DNA of 64,000 nucleotides from a virus. Taxonomy: Duplodnaviria > Heunggongvirae > Uroviricota > Caudoviricetes. A program made the translations under genes and the position numbers. Position 1 is the stretch's first letter, and every line of letters starts with the position of its first letter. Below, piece after piece: positions 54,328 through 63,527 of this stretch. The notes under the pieces are model-generated. The model saw only the letters and a list, made by a program, of their open reading frames with translations, was not told the DNA's origin and searched no databases. Location of the stretch: the IMG/VR virus record IMGVR_UViG_3300017971_000191. One strand, 5' to 3'.

Positions 54328-54812
54328 TACCGTCGTCCGTGAAGTAACTGGTTCCGTCTCCGCTGCAAGGCGGCCTGGGCCATGGCGACCTCATGTCGCT
54401 TGGCGGCAGCACGTGCTCGCAGCTCTTCCTCCGGGCCGTGTTCGGCCTCCTGCTTCCGCTTCTGCTGTTCCTCCTTCCAAGCCTTCAAGGCTCGGGCGTT
54501 CTCTTCCTGCCACACGGGGTCGGACGGGTCGACTCCCCACGCTGCCTTCCATTTCTCACGGAGTTCGTCGTACTCCTTCTCTCGGCGGGCCTCCTTGGTG
54601 GTGCCCTCCCAGGGTCGCATCGACGCCAGGATGTCGTAGAACGTCTCCCGGGCGTGCTCTTGAGCGCCCTTGAACGAATCTTCCGTGAGTCCTGAGTTGC
54701 CGACCAGGGCCAGGTGGTAGTCGTAAACGCTACGCTGCAAGGCCAGGTCGTCCTCCCTGACCATGCCGTTGAGCAGGATGTAGCTCCGTCTCCACCATGC
54801 CGGATCGAGCAC
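54327..54812 (-). CDS. Second tail-assembly chaperone ORF (GT-like; frame open upstream to about 54910)
   Basis: No ATG/RBS at the 5' end; lies in the -1 frame overlapping the end of the upstream ORF; directly upstream of the tape measure. Confidence 0.6.
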   Translation of the reverse strand: MLDPAWWRRSYILLNGMVREDDLALQRSVYDYHLALVGNSGLTEDSFKGAQEHARETFYDILASMRPWEGTTKEARREKEYDELREKWKAAWGVDPSDPVWQEENARALKAWKEEQQKRKQEAEHGPEEELRARAAAKRHEVAMAQAALQRRRNQLLHGRR

Positions 54813-54859
54813 CCTCGCCTCGCGGAAGTCGATGACCCCGCGGAGGGCAGCTCGTACCG

Positions 54860-56257
54860 TCAGGACTGCTCCCCGGTCCGCTTCCAGAAATCCGAGTTGT
54901 CGATCACTGCTTCAAGTTTTGCCACCAGGCGGTTGAACTTGCTGCACAGCGTACCGATAGCCCGGTTGAGCATCTCAGTGCGAAGCACCTCCTTGAGGAA
55001 AAACTCCTCGATAATCGGGATTGCCGTGGCCCGCGTGTCTTCCGGGTCCGGCAGCTTCCAGTAAGCAGATGCGTTGGGATTGGCCTCCTCGGAGAGGCCG
55101 TCCGGCATCTCGTGCGCGATCTTGCCGTCGCGGCTTCGCAAGCTCACGACCTGCAAGTAGAGTCGATAGCGGTTGACCCGCTCGAAGTAGTCGATTCGCG
55201 TCCAGGTGGGCTGCTTCTCAAACTCGTAGGCAGCCTGCTTGTAGATCTGGTCGACCTCCTGGATGGTCAGCGTACGAAAGACGACGGTCAGGGCACCGCC
55301 GAGCAGATCGTACTGCTTGGTAAAGGGTACTTGACCAAGCACCGACTGGAGGAAAGCCTGCTTTTCTCCGTATTCGGGCTCGGGGATCGCCGGCATGTCC
55401 AGCGGCCACTCACACTGCGGGCACGTCGTCATCGGGCTGCCGAGGCCCGTTGCCGACTCTTCCTCCGGCTCCGGCTCCGCCGGCGCTGCCTGGGGAGGCA
55501 ACGGCGGAGGCTGTTCGGCAGCAGTGACCGTAGGCTGGGACACCTCGTCCATCCGCGGCGGCAGATCCACCTCGACGGCGATTTCCTCCTGGTTCGCTGC
55601 CTGGGGCGGGGCGACGGCTGCGGGTTGACCCTGTGTCACCTGGGCCTGTGGGTTGGGCATCGACGGCTGCACGCCGTGGAACGCCGAACCCTGGGGTGGC
55701 TTCCACCCCGGTACTGCCTGGCTAGCCATAGTCATCGGTTCCGCCGGAGACGCGCCGAGGATGGCCTCGGAGCTGGGAGGCGGAGGCGTTCCCGGCGGCG
55801 GTGGCTCCGTGGAGCCGGCCGGCTGATGGGCCGCCAGCGTCTCGTCGATCATCTGACGATAACGGGCCTGCTCCTGCGAGTCGAGGTCCTCAATGTTGAC
55901 CGTCTCGGCGATCTGCGGTTTGACGCCGCTGTAGTCAGGAGGCTGGTCGGCTTCCTGTTTGATCTGCGCAGCGACTTTCTGGATGCCTTCGGGGATCGGC
56001 TGCCCCTCTTGCCACCCATGTTCTTCGAGGACTCGTCTCTCCTCAAGCGTGAGAGCAAGCCCACCTCCGGCCGGCGCCGGAATGGCCCGGCCCTCCGGCA
56101 AAGGAATCGGTGGTCCCGCAGGGCCGCGCTGGGATGCGGGGGGCGCCGTCCGCATAGAGGACGGGTCTGCTCTCGTCGGCTGAGGAGGCACGACCCTCGG
56201 CGGCTCTTGCGCCGTGACCCGCTTTTTCAAGCTGGTCAGGTCGATTTCTTTGGCCAT
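54860..56257 (-). CDS. Tail-assembly chaperone-like protein with Pro-rich N-terminus
   Basis: CPQC; F.K.Y.L.GG...V.FRTLT..E C-terminal domain; position before the tape measure. Confidence 0.6.
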   Translation of the reverse strand: MAKEIDLTSLKKRVTAQEPPRVVPPQPTRADPSSMRTAPPASQRGPAGPPIPLPEGRAIPAPAGGGLALTLEERRVLEEHGWQEGQPIPEGIQKVAAQIKQEADQPPDYSGVKPQIAETVNIEDLDSQEQARYRQMIDETLAAHQPAGSTEPPPPGTPPPPSSEAILGASPAEPMTMASQAVPGWKPPQGSAFHGVQPSMPNPQAQVTQGQPAAVAPPQAANQEEIAVEVDLPPRMDEVSQPTVTAAEQPPPLPPQAAPAEPEPEEESATGLGSPMTTCPQCEWPLDMPAIPEPEYGEKQAFLQSVLGQVPFTKQYDLLGGALTVVFRTLTIQEVDQIYKQAAYEFEKQPTWTRIDYFERVNRYRLYLQVVSLRSRDGKIAHEMPDGLSEEANPNASAYWKLPDPEDTRATAIPIIEEFFLKEVLRTEMLNRAIGTLCSKFNRLVAKLEAVIDNSDFWKRTGEQS

Positions 56258-56266
56258 GATGCCTCC

Positions 56267-59044
56267 TTACAACACAGTTTTGAAGTTGCCGTCGAGCGTT
56301 TGTTTTTCCCAGGTGCCGAGCTGGGCATCCTCGTAGGGGCCCGGCCGGTCCTTAGACATTACTTTACCATCATCGAAGATTTCGTGCTTCTGGTATTGGA
56401 AGAAAACCTGCTCCTCCTTCCACTTCTTCTTGCCGGGCCAGGGGTAAGTGTCCTGGCCCTGGTACGACACGGGCTTCTCGGTCCAACCGGTGCCGCCGCT
56501 ACCCATTCCCAGCCGCGCGAGCTGCTGCCAGCGAGGCTCCAGCATCTTGAACTCCTGGGTGCGATACTGGACGTCGCCTGACGGGGGATCGCGGTAGCTG
56601 AAGCCGATCGGCTCAATGGTGTCGTCGTTGCCCAGCTTGTTCTCTGAGTACCAGCGATTGACGATCTTCCCGTTGAAGACCGTGGCACCTATCTCCTTGT
56701 GCTGCTGATGGGCATCCTCGGCAGCCTGGAAAGGCTCGTCGGGGACCTTGATGCTGCCGTCGTGCATGCCGACGAACGGGCTCGGCTTGTGGGCCAGGTT
56801 CTTGCCGGCCACGATGTTCCGCTCGGCGACGATGTTCTTCTTGACGGCCAGGTTTTTCTTCACCAGCAGGTTGCCGTCGTAGATGATCATGTTCTTCTCG
56901 ACGAGCACGTTGCCGCCGATGATCGACGTGCTTAGCGAGAAACGATGGCTCTGCGTCGGCGAGGCACTCTCGTCTTGATAGACGTGCCAGATGTCGACGG
57001 CACGGTTCACCCACATGCGGACCTTGTTGCCGTAGAGCTGCACGGCTTTCCGGCCCTTCGAGGCGTCGATGGTGATGTCCCCCGGCTGCATCACGCCGCC
57101 GCCGGTGCGGAGATAGATCTCGCTGGCCAGCATGGCGCACTCGGACTGCTTCGCCAGGCAGACGACGCCGGAACTGACCACGTCCTCGCCGTACTGGTCC
57201 TTGTACATCTGGACCTTGCCGGTGGCCTTCGATTCCAGCAAGATGCCGCCCTGCTCACCGTTGCCGGCCAGCAACTGCATGTTCTTCTCCGCCTTGATCC
57301 GCACGTCCTTCTCGTTGGCGGAGATGTCGACGGAGTTCTTGGCCCTGGTGATGCAGTCCCAGCCCATGTTGACGACCCGCTTGCCGGCCTGGAGCAAGAT
57401 GTCGCCGGGTGCGGTGAGCTGGAGCTGGCCGCCCACGAAGGCGATCTGGGCGCCGTAGCCACAGCCGAAGCTCATCGAACCGTCTTCGTGTTGCACCCAG
57501 AAGGCTTCACGCTGGAAGTAGTCGACTTCGGCGTAGCGGTGGTCGATGTAGATCTTTCGCGGCGTGGGGTACTCCATGAAGTCCTTGCTAGCCAGCGAAC
57601 CAAAGTCCAGCTTGTCCTGGACCTTGGTGAAGAACTGGCTCAGCTCCGACTCCTGGTGGAGCTTGTAGTCGACCTTGTGGTAGTGGAACGGGTGCAGGCC
57701 CTTCCAGTTGTAGTTGAAGGCCAGCAGGTCCAACACGCCGGCCACCCGCAGTAGGTGCTGCTCCTCGCCGGAGACCGTCACATCCTTGATCTTATGGTCT
57801 TCACCGCCGCCGAATTTCGAGGAGAACTTGTAGTTGTCCTTGCGGGCGTCGTCTCCTTCCGACTGGTCTTCCTGGAGCCGCTTCCGCTTGGGATTGGGGA
57901 TTAGCACGCGATGGCCGATATAGACGCTCTTGGCACTCCGCACCGTCCAGGAGCCGTCCATGGCGATCAGCTCGTGGAACAAGCCGCAGTCGGGGTCCTC
58001 GTCCTTGAAGAAGCGCTTGCCGCTCTTCTTCGCCGGCTTGATGAGGAGCCGCTGCCAGCCTTGGCCCAAGTAGCCGCCGTAGCCCATACACCGCATCACC
58101 GGCTGGAGATCCTCTTCGCTGTCGTCGAGGTCGATCTTGCCCTTGGGCAGGTCGTAGTGGACCGGCTTGTCCTCGAACTCGTGGGGCCACTCCGTGCCCG
58201 AGTCGTACAGACCAATCGCCTCCCACGGGTAGATGGGCCGGCCTTCGAGAAGCTGGTTCTCGCCCTCGTCGTCGCGGGACTGGAGCCACCAGGCGAAGGT
58301 CTGGATGTCCATGTTCAGACCGGCCAGGCGGCAATAGTCGTCCCACAGGTTGAGGAACAACCCGCAGGACTCGCTGACTCGCAGGTAGGCCTGGAAGCAG
58401 TCGATGAGGACGCCGATCCCCGTCTCCGTCATGATGCCCCATTCCAGAGCCTCACTGTCCATCGGCGACTGGGAGTTCCACACGCGCATCCCACCCTCGC
58501 GGTACATCTCGGTCACGGGACGCATGTGAGCATCTTCCCGCTTCAGCCCCGTGTTGCCGCCCTGCTGAATCCAATCGGGGACGTTGTGCTTCTCGGCGCC
58601 GGTGCACAATTCATCGGGGATCGCCCCGAGGATGACGCCGTAGTGGACGTTCGCCGGCAAGGAGACTAGCACGGTGGAGTTGGGGGCGTAGACGGACGTA
58701 GGGCGAGGCCCCAGCGGGACCCAAGCGGTGCCGTTGCTGCTCAAGGCGCAGCAGGGGACAGCGCCCGCGCCGTTGGCCAGCAACACGCGGTAGTAGTTGT
58801 AGGTCGGGACGGCATGGGTGATGACGCCCACTGTGGTCGGCGGCTGCTTCTCCAGGGAGAGCAACTTGCCTCGCCACGCGGAGTCGGGGTCGTTGATGAG
58901 CCCCTGGAGCGCGTCGTCGGGTAGACGGCGGGAGACCTCCTCAGTGAGGTCCGTGATCCGTCTATCCTGCGGAGGCCGGGGGCCACCCGGACCAGCACCG
59001 CCCGCGTGGCCCTTGTCCAAGTTGGACGCAAAAGGGCCTGGCAT
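56267..59044 (-). CDS. VgrG/gp5-like baseplate hub-spike protein
   Basis: OB-fold-like N-terminal region, 6-residue beta-helix repeats GNLLVK-KNLAVK-KNIVAE-RNIVAG-KNLAH; start MPGPFA at 59044. Confidence 0.7.
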   Translation of the reverse strand: MPGPFASNLDKGHAGGAGPGGPRPPQDRRITDLTEEVSRRLPDDALQGLINDPDSAWRGKLLSLEKQPPTTVGVITHAVPTYNYYRVLLANGAGAVPCCALSSNGTAWVPLGPRPTSVYAPNSTVLVSLPANVHYGVILGAIPDELCTGAEKHNVPDWIQQGGNTGLKREDAHMRPVTEMYREGGMRVWNSQSPMDSEALEWGIMTETGIGVLIDCFQAYLRVSESCGLFLNLWDDYCRLAGLNMDIQTFAWWLQSRDDEGENQLLEGRPIYPWEAIGLYDSGTEWPHEFEDKPVHYDLPKGKIDLDDSEEDLQPVMRCMGYGGYLGQGWQRLLIKPAKKSGKRFFKDEDPDCGLFHELIAMDGSWTVRSAKSVYIGHRVLIPNPKRKRLQEDQSEGDDARKDNYKFSSKFGGGEDHKIKDVTVSGEEQHLLRVAGVLDLLAFNYNWKGLHPFHYHKVDYKLHQESELSQFFTKVQDKLDFGSLASKDFMEYPTPRKIYIDHRYAEVDYFQREAFWVQHEDGSMSFGCGYGAQIAFVGGQLQLTAPGDILLQAGKRVVNMGWDCITRAKNSVDISANEKDVRIKAEKNMQLLAGNGEQGGILLESKATGKVQMYKDQYGEDVVSSGVVCLAKQSECAMLASEIYLRTGGGVMQPGDITIDASKGRKAVQLYGNKVRMWVNRAVDIWHVYQDESASPTQSHRFSLSTSIIGGNVLVEKNMIIYDGNLLVKKNLAVKKNIVAERNIVAGKNLAHKPSPFVGMHDGSIKVPDEPFQAAEDAHQQHKEIGATVFNGKIVNRWYSENKLGNDDTIEPIGFSYRDPPSGDVQYRTQEFKMLEPRWQQLARLGMGSGGTGWTEKPVSYQGQDTYPWPGKKKWKEEQVFFQYQKHEIFDDGKVMSKDRPGPYEDAQLGTWEKQTLDGNFKTVL

Positions 59045-59088
59045 AGATCTCACCTTTCGGTGCGTTTAGTGGGTCGTAATGCCCGGAC

Positions 59089-59114
59089 CGGCCCCGGGGC
59101 CATCCCCGGGGCCG
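59089..59114. terminator. GC hairpin abutting palindrome 4
   Basis: CGGCCCCGGGG-CCAT-CCCCGGGGCCG. Confidence 0.5.
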
Positions 59115-59136
59115 ATCTCAAAACTGCTTTTGAGAT
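59115..59136. promoter_or_regulatory. Palindromic site 4 (9-bp arms)
   Basis: ATCTCAAAA-CTGC-TTTTGAGAT, intergenic between tube and spike genes. Confidence 0.75.
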
Positions 59137-59149
59137 GTTGCGGCGTCGA

Positions 59150-59635
59150 CTAGCTGACGTCGCAGCCAGAGAACATAAGCTGGCTCATCTCGTTGATCAG
59201 CATGTCCTGGGCCTGGACGCTCACCCCCACCTGCGTCAGCACGCAGTGCCGAAGCTGATAGGTGATGTCGCCGTACTGGCAGCACCCGTCGCCTCCGCCG
59301 ATCTCCATCGTGATGTGGTTATCGCAGATGCAGACGTCGCCGTACACCTCGTAAAAGGTCTTGATGTTGGCCAGGGGGCCGATCACGCGGTTGAGCTGGG
59401 CCTGGCCCTGGGCTCGGCCGCCAACGTGGTAGACGAGCTGCTTCCCGCCTTCCCCGTTGCCGCCGATCTCGTAGAGCCGGCTAAGCTGCTGTTGAAACGT
59501 GAAGTTGAAGCCCTGCACGAGGGCTCCGGTAATGCCGTTTCCACCGCCTTCCGAGCCGGTGAAACTGAGCTTCACCGTGTCGGCGGAAAAGGCGTTCTTC
59601 ACGTTGATGTCGTTCCTCTTGAACATCGCAGGCAT
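59150..59635 (-). CDS. Tail tube protein
   Basis: 161 aa right after the sheath; LVQ.F..T.QQ.L.RLYEIG...Y.V.GR..G...L.R.IG. Confidence 0.85.
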   Translation of the reverse strand: MPAMFKRNDINVKNAFSADTVKLSFTGSEGGGNGITGALVQGFNFTFQQQLSRLYEIGGNGEGGKQLVYHVGGRAQGQAQLNRVIGPLANIKTFYEVYGDVCICDNHITMEIGGGDGCCQYGDITYQLRHCVLTQVGVSVQAQDMLINEMSQLMFSGCDVS

Positions 59636-59746
59636 GGGTTTACCTCCATGTCGAATCTGCCGGTCGCCCGGCTGGCAGACGTTTTGGTTGTGCTAGGAGG
59701 GGGCCGGCCGGTGAAGGCCGACCCCCTTTGGGCATCCCTCCATGGA

Positions 59747-62584
59747 CTAAATCACGAGGTGGATCTCGAAGTTGTTCAGGGCGTAAGGCACCGAGCAGTC
59801 GAGAACCAGGACCAAGCGGTCCAGCAGCGTCGTGTGCGGGCTGAGCCGCACGATCTCGGCCGTAATGAGCTGGCCACCGAGCTGCACCGTGAACCGCTCG
59901 GTCTTCAGCACCTCGATGAGGCTCAGGACGTCCGCCTTGATCAGGGCCGTCATCGACGGGGTCACGTTCGTGATGCCGATGTACGGGGCGAAGTGGTCCT
60001 TGAACCGGTACGAGATGTTGTCGACGTTACGGGTCAGCATCTCCTCACGCATGTTGATGTCGGAGTAGCTGCCCGTGGTCAGGGCGTGCCGCGAGTAGAT
60101 CTTCCCGAGCGACCCGCTGGTGACGGACTGCTCCTGGGTGACGATCCACACGCCGGCCAGGGCCATGATGTCGAGCTGCGGCCGGTTGAACTTCGAGGTC
60201 GTGCGAGGCACGTCCGAGAAGCCGGCGATTTCCAGGTTGGTCATGCCCTGGTGAGGCACGATGCCGGACGCAAGGCCCGCCAACGCGGCACACAGGTGGT
60301 AACCTTCCTGGACCGTACCCGAGGACTCGATCCGGTCGGGCCACACCGCACGGATACGGCGGTTGTACCACGCGCCGGCATCCTGGCCGATCTCCGTGGC
60401 TTCCTCCGTGGCCGTGAGGTTCCGCCAGATCTCCACCTTCTGGGCGACCGACTGCGGGGCAGCCGGGCCGGTCATCAGGCGAATCTGGTCCTCGGCCTGG
60501 ACCTCGTCGACGATGTACTCCGTGTACGTCCAGGTGCCGAAGCCGTCACCGACGTACAGGGTACGCACGATGTCGCCGGCGCGGACGTTGTTGGTCACGA
60601 AGTCGCCGTTGCCGCTGGTGCACCGCATGCGGGTGTACTGGTTGCCCGACGTCTGCGGGTCATCCTCGAACACGCACATGCACTCCTCCTCGTCGGAGGT
60701 GGTGGCCTCGACGTAGCCCGAGACGGTCGACCCGGCGGAGACCACCGGGATCTCCGGCATCTCGTCCAGGTTGAGCCACAGGACCCGCCAGAGGCCCTGC
60801 TCGGCGCTCGACATGGAGTCGACGTGAGCCGCGTACAGATCGAGGACGATCCGGTTGCGGGTCAGCGGCACGAGGCCGTAGACGTCGTCACGTCCCAGCA
60901 ACAGCTCCAGCACGTCCGCCCAGCTCTCCGGGTCGTCCGGATCGCAGACGGCGGTGTACTTCACCTCCGTGCCGTTGGAGTTGCTCAGGGCCTTGTAGAC
61001 GCCCCACTTCAACGGGTTGTCGGGGTCGAGGGCGCCGGGGATGTCGTCGTTGATCGTGCCGACGTCCCAGATGGTGCCCACCTCGTTGCAGAGGGTCTGC
61101 AACCAGGCGCGGTACTCGGCGTAGAGCATGCCGTAGCCCTCGCTCGATTCCGAGTACAGCTCCAGCGGCTGCGCCACCCCTTCATCCGTCCAGGTCTCGT
61201 CGTAGGCGATGATGCCCGACTTGACCTCGATCTCGGTCTCGCTCATCTCGAAGTTGACCAGCGGGGCGTAGCCCGTGCGGTTCTCCGTGATCTGCAAGAG
61301 CGGCTTGCGGATGAACAGGTCGACGCCGACTTCCGAGGTCGTGGGCAGGGTCGTGGGCAGGTTGTGCCCCAGCTCCAAGGTACGCATCGGGCCCTCGGCT
61401 TCGCCGGTGACTTCGATGTAATACTTGTCGCCCTTGCGGAGACCGTTGCCGCTGAACTGGACGGTGACGCCCTTGGTGCCGCAGACCACGGCCGTGGCCG
61501 CGGCCGACACGGTCGTCGGACCCGACATGTCGATGCCGTTGGTCGTGGTGACCTGGATCGACGGGCTGTCGGCCCAGAGGCCGCCGTTGACCACCTCGAT
61601 GATGTAGGTGGTGTCGTTCTCGTCGTCGTACTCACCGCCCTCCGTGGCCACCGGAGCGGTCCACGACTGGACGACGGCCACCTGCCACTCCTGGCCGGCG
61701 ATGAGGTCGATCGCGCTGACCTCGTCGTTCTCGGCCGACTGCGAACAGGCTTCCGTGTCGGCGTCGGAGAAGGTGATGAGCAGCCCACGGGTGCCGATGG
61801 GAGTCGGGACGCCGCGGTCGTTGGGGTTCATCGAGGTGACGTCGTCCAGGCCGCTGGCGGAGATGATCCGCAAGCGGGCGGCCGTGTGGTCGCCGCCGAT
61901 GGAGCTTTCCAGCACGCGAATGGTGTAGGTGTCGGTGACGGCACCGTCTTCCAAGCCGTCGTAGCTGGACATGTCGGCCGTCAACGAGATGCAGTTCTCG
62001 TCCCCGGCCGTCTGCTCGATGGTCGCGCTCTCCACCTGGGTGGAGGCGTTCTCGGTGTCCGGCGTGGCCGAATCCAGAACGGCGTCCGAGATGTCCCCGT
62101 GGATGCCCTTGACGTAGGTCCAGAGGGTGTCGGGGTCCTCGCCCGGAACCTGGTAGCGGACCTTGACGACGTCACCCAGGGCGACGTCCCGGTCCAGCAG
62201 GTCGCTGTGACGGGCGTAGATGCCGTTGGTCGAGAAGTTGACCGTGTTGGAACGGATGCGGTTGTTGTAGCCGGTCACCCGAAGGATGGTGCTGCCGGCG
62301 CTGATCGCATCCTGGAAGTAGTGCAGGAGAGCATCCTTGCACCACAGCTTGACGTAGGTTTCGTCGACCACGCCACCGGCGGGCCGGTTGGGCCACAGGT
62401 ACGCGGTATCGACGTGGCGATCGTAGTATCCCAGTTGACCGAAGTCCCGCTCATCGTCCTCGTCGTAACGAGTCAGATAGGCATGGCCGCCCGAGATGTG
62501 GGCGCGCATGGGGTTCGAGACAACAGACGGAGCGATCGTGAAGTCCTGGAACACCAGGACTTGCGGAAGGACGTAAGTCGGCAT
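59747..62584 (-). CDS. Contractile tail sheath protein
   Basis: 945 aa; C-terminal AALAGL...P.Q.MTN..I.G, L..AGV.IV, RH..TT, RE....RN.D.I sheath pattern. Confidence 0.92.
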   Translation of the reverse strand: MPTYVLPQVLVFQDFTIAPSVVSNPMRAHISGGHAYLTRYDEDDERDFGQLGYYDRHVDTAYLWPNRPAGGVVDETYVKLWCKDALLHYFQDAISAGSTILRVTGYNNRIRSNTVNFSTNGIYARHSDLLDRDVALGDVVKVRYQVPGEDPDTLWTYVKGIHGDISDAVLDSATPDTENASTQVESATIEQTAGDENCISLTADMSSYDGLEDGAVTDTYTIRVLESSIGGDHTAARLRIISASGLDDVTSMNPNDRGVPTPIGTRGLLITFSDADTEACSQSAENDEVSAIDLIAGQEWQVAVVQSWTAPVATEGGEYDDENDTTYIIEVVNGGLWADSPSIQVTTTNGIDMSGPTTVSAAATAVVCGTKGVTVQFSGNGLRKGDKYYIEVTGEAEGPMRTLELGHNLPTTLPTTSEVGVDLFIRKPLLQITENRTGYAPLVNFEMSETEIEVKSGIIAYDETWTDEGVAQPLELYSESSEGYGMLYAEYRAWLQTLCNEVGTIWDVGTINDDIPGALDPDNPLKWGVYKALSNSNGTEVKYTAVCDPDDPESWADVLELLLGRDDVYGLVPLTRNRIVLDLYAAHVDSMSSAEQGLWRVLWLNLDEMPEIPVVSAGSTVSGYVEATTSDEEECMCVFEDDPQTSGNQYTRMRCTSGNGDFVTNNVRAGDIVRTLYVGDGFGTWTYTEYIVDEVQAEDQIRLMTGPAAPQSVAQKVEIWRNLTATEEATEIGQDAGAWYNRRIRAVWPDRIESSGTVQEGYHLCAALAGLASGIVPHQGMTNLEIAGFSDVPRTTSKFNRPQLDIMALAGVWIVTQEQSVTSGSLGKIYSRHALTTGSYSDINMREEMLTRNVDNISYRFKDHFAPYIGITNVTPSMTALIKADVLSLIEVLKTERFTVQLGGQLITAEIVRLSPHTTLLDRLVLVLDCSVPYALNNFEIHLVI

Positions 62585-62608
62585 GTCGGCCTCCTTGCCA
62601 GTGTTTTG

Positions 62609-63286
62609 TTAGCTGTCCAGGTCCTGCCAGTCTACGAGGATTGACAGGGCAATTCGTCGAAGAGGAAGCGATTGATACTCCAGCACCCAGTTCTCCTCAT
62701 ACGCCCAAGCGATGGTGATGGGTGCCACATAGTTTTCCGTTGCCTCTTCGACCTCGCTGATCGCGCCAACTTCGGTGACTGCAAATTTCAGCAGCCCCAG
62801 ATACTCACGAACCGCAGGAGCAAACTCAGTCAGCTCCCTTTGTACCTCGGTCGCCAGTACCTCTGTGCTCGCACCCGTTCCATGGATGCAGAAGAGAGTG
62901 TGACTGCCAACCCACAGGGTTGAGTGTGTAGTATGACCCTCTCCGGTTATGCCACTTAGGTCTCCGACGCCTACCTTTACGTTCTGGTAGGCATTGCGCC
63001 TCAGGAGGATGGCTGGCCGCTTCTCGACCAGATCACCGCGCCACCTGTAGACGCTCTCAATCAGGATACCGGTTCTTTCGTCCCGGGTCCAGAGATAATT
63101 CCGAAGGTCGTCGGACTCGATGCTGTCCACGTCCGTAAAATGATGGATCAGCCGGTCCCGGAGGAATCCGGTGATGAGAAGAGGCTGCCACCCCATCTCG
63201 CACAGCGCCGGGATGCTGACGTTGGCGTCGTCAGGCTTCGGCGTCTCTGCTTGCGGGTCGCACCAGCTCGCCGGTTCGCTCGTCAC
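62609..63286 (-). CDS. Tail completion/terminator-like protein
   Basis: Directly upstream of the sheath; ILIES...W.....KRPAIL.RR; lower GC3 than neighbours. Confidence 0.6.
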   Translation of the reverse strand: MTSEPASWCDPQAETPKPDDANVSIPALCEMGWQPLLITGFLRDRLIHHFTDVDSIESDDLRNYLWTRDERTGILIESVYRWRGDLVEKRPAILLRRNAYQNVKVGVGDLSGITGEGHTTHSTLWVGSHTLFCIHGTGASTEVLATEVQRELTEFAPAVREYLGLLKFAVTEVGAISEVEEATENYVAPITIAWAYEENWVLEYQSLPLRRIALSILVDWQDLDS

Positions 63287-63527
63287 GTTCGACCTCCTTG
63301 CCGAACAGTTGCTTGAAAATCCGGGCCGGTTCAGGCCCAGGATCGTTCCTGATACTCAATCGGGGGACAAAGCTCCTGCCGGGCCCCCGTGCCCGGAACG
63401 GCTCCTCGTGCTCGTACGCCCCGTGGTAGGGCACAGGAGGCCTCGGACTCCGCCGGGGCCTCCTGGGCACCGTGGTCAGTTCTGCCGGCACGCCCGACAT
63501 GTTGGCCGTACGGGGGATATGTGGCAT
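63231..63527 (-). CDS. Hypothetical protein
   Basis: ATG overlapping upstream stop; 98 aa. Confidence 0.4.
   Translation of the reverse strand: MPHIPRTANMSGVPAELTTVPRRPRRSPRPPVPYHGAYEHEEPFRARGPGRSFVPRLSIRNDPGPEPARIFKQLFGKEVERDERTGELVRPASRDAEA

Noticed and set aside
59006-62644. 1212-aa plus-strand ORF (likewise 17137-18927, 30503-31897, 49987-51435 and others)
   Set aside because: Antisense shadows of GC3-biased minus-strand genes; no recognisable motifs or RBS
36080-63286. Interpretation as an eCIS/tailocin or T6SS locus
   Set aside because: The tail genes are continuous with about 25 kb of phage-type accessory and nucleotide-metabolism genes and no host genes; head genes probably lie outside the window
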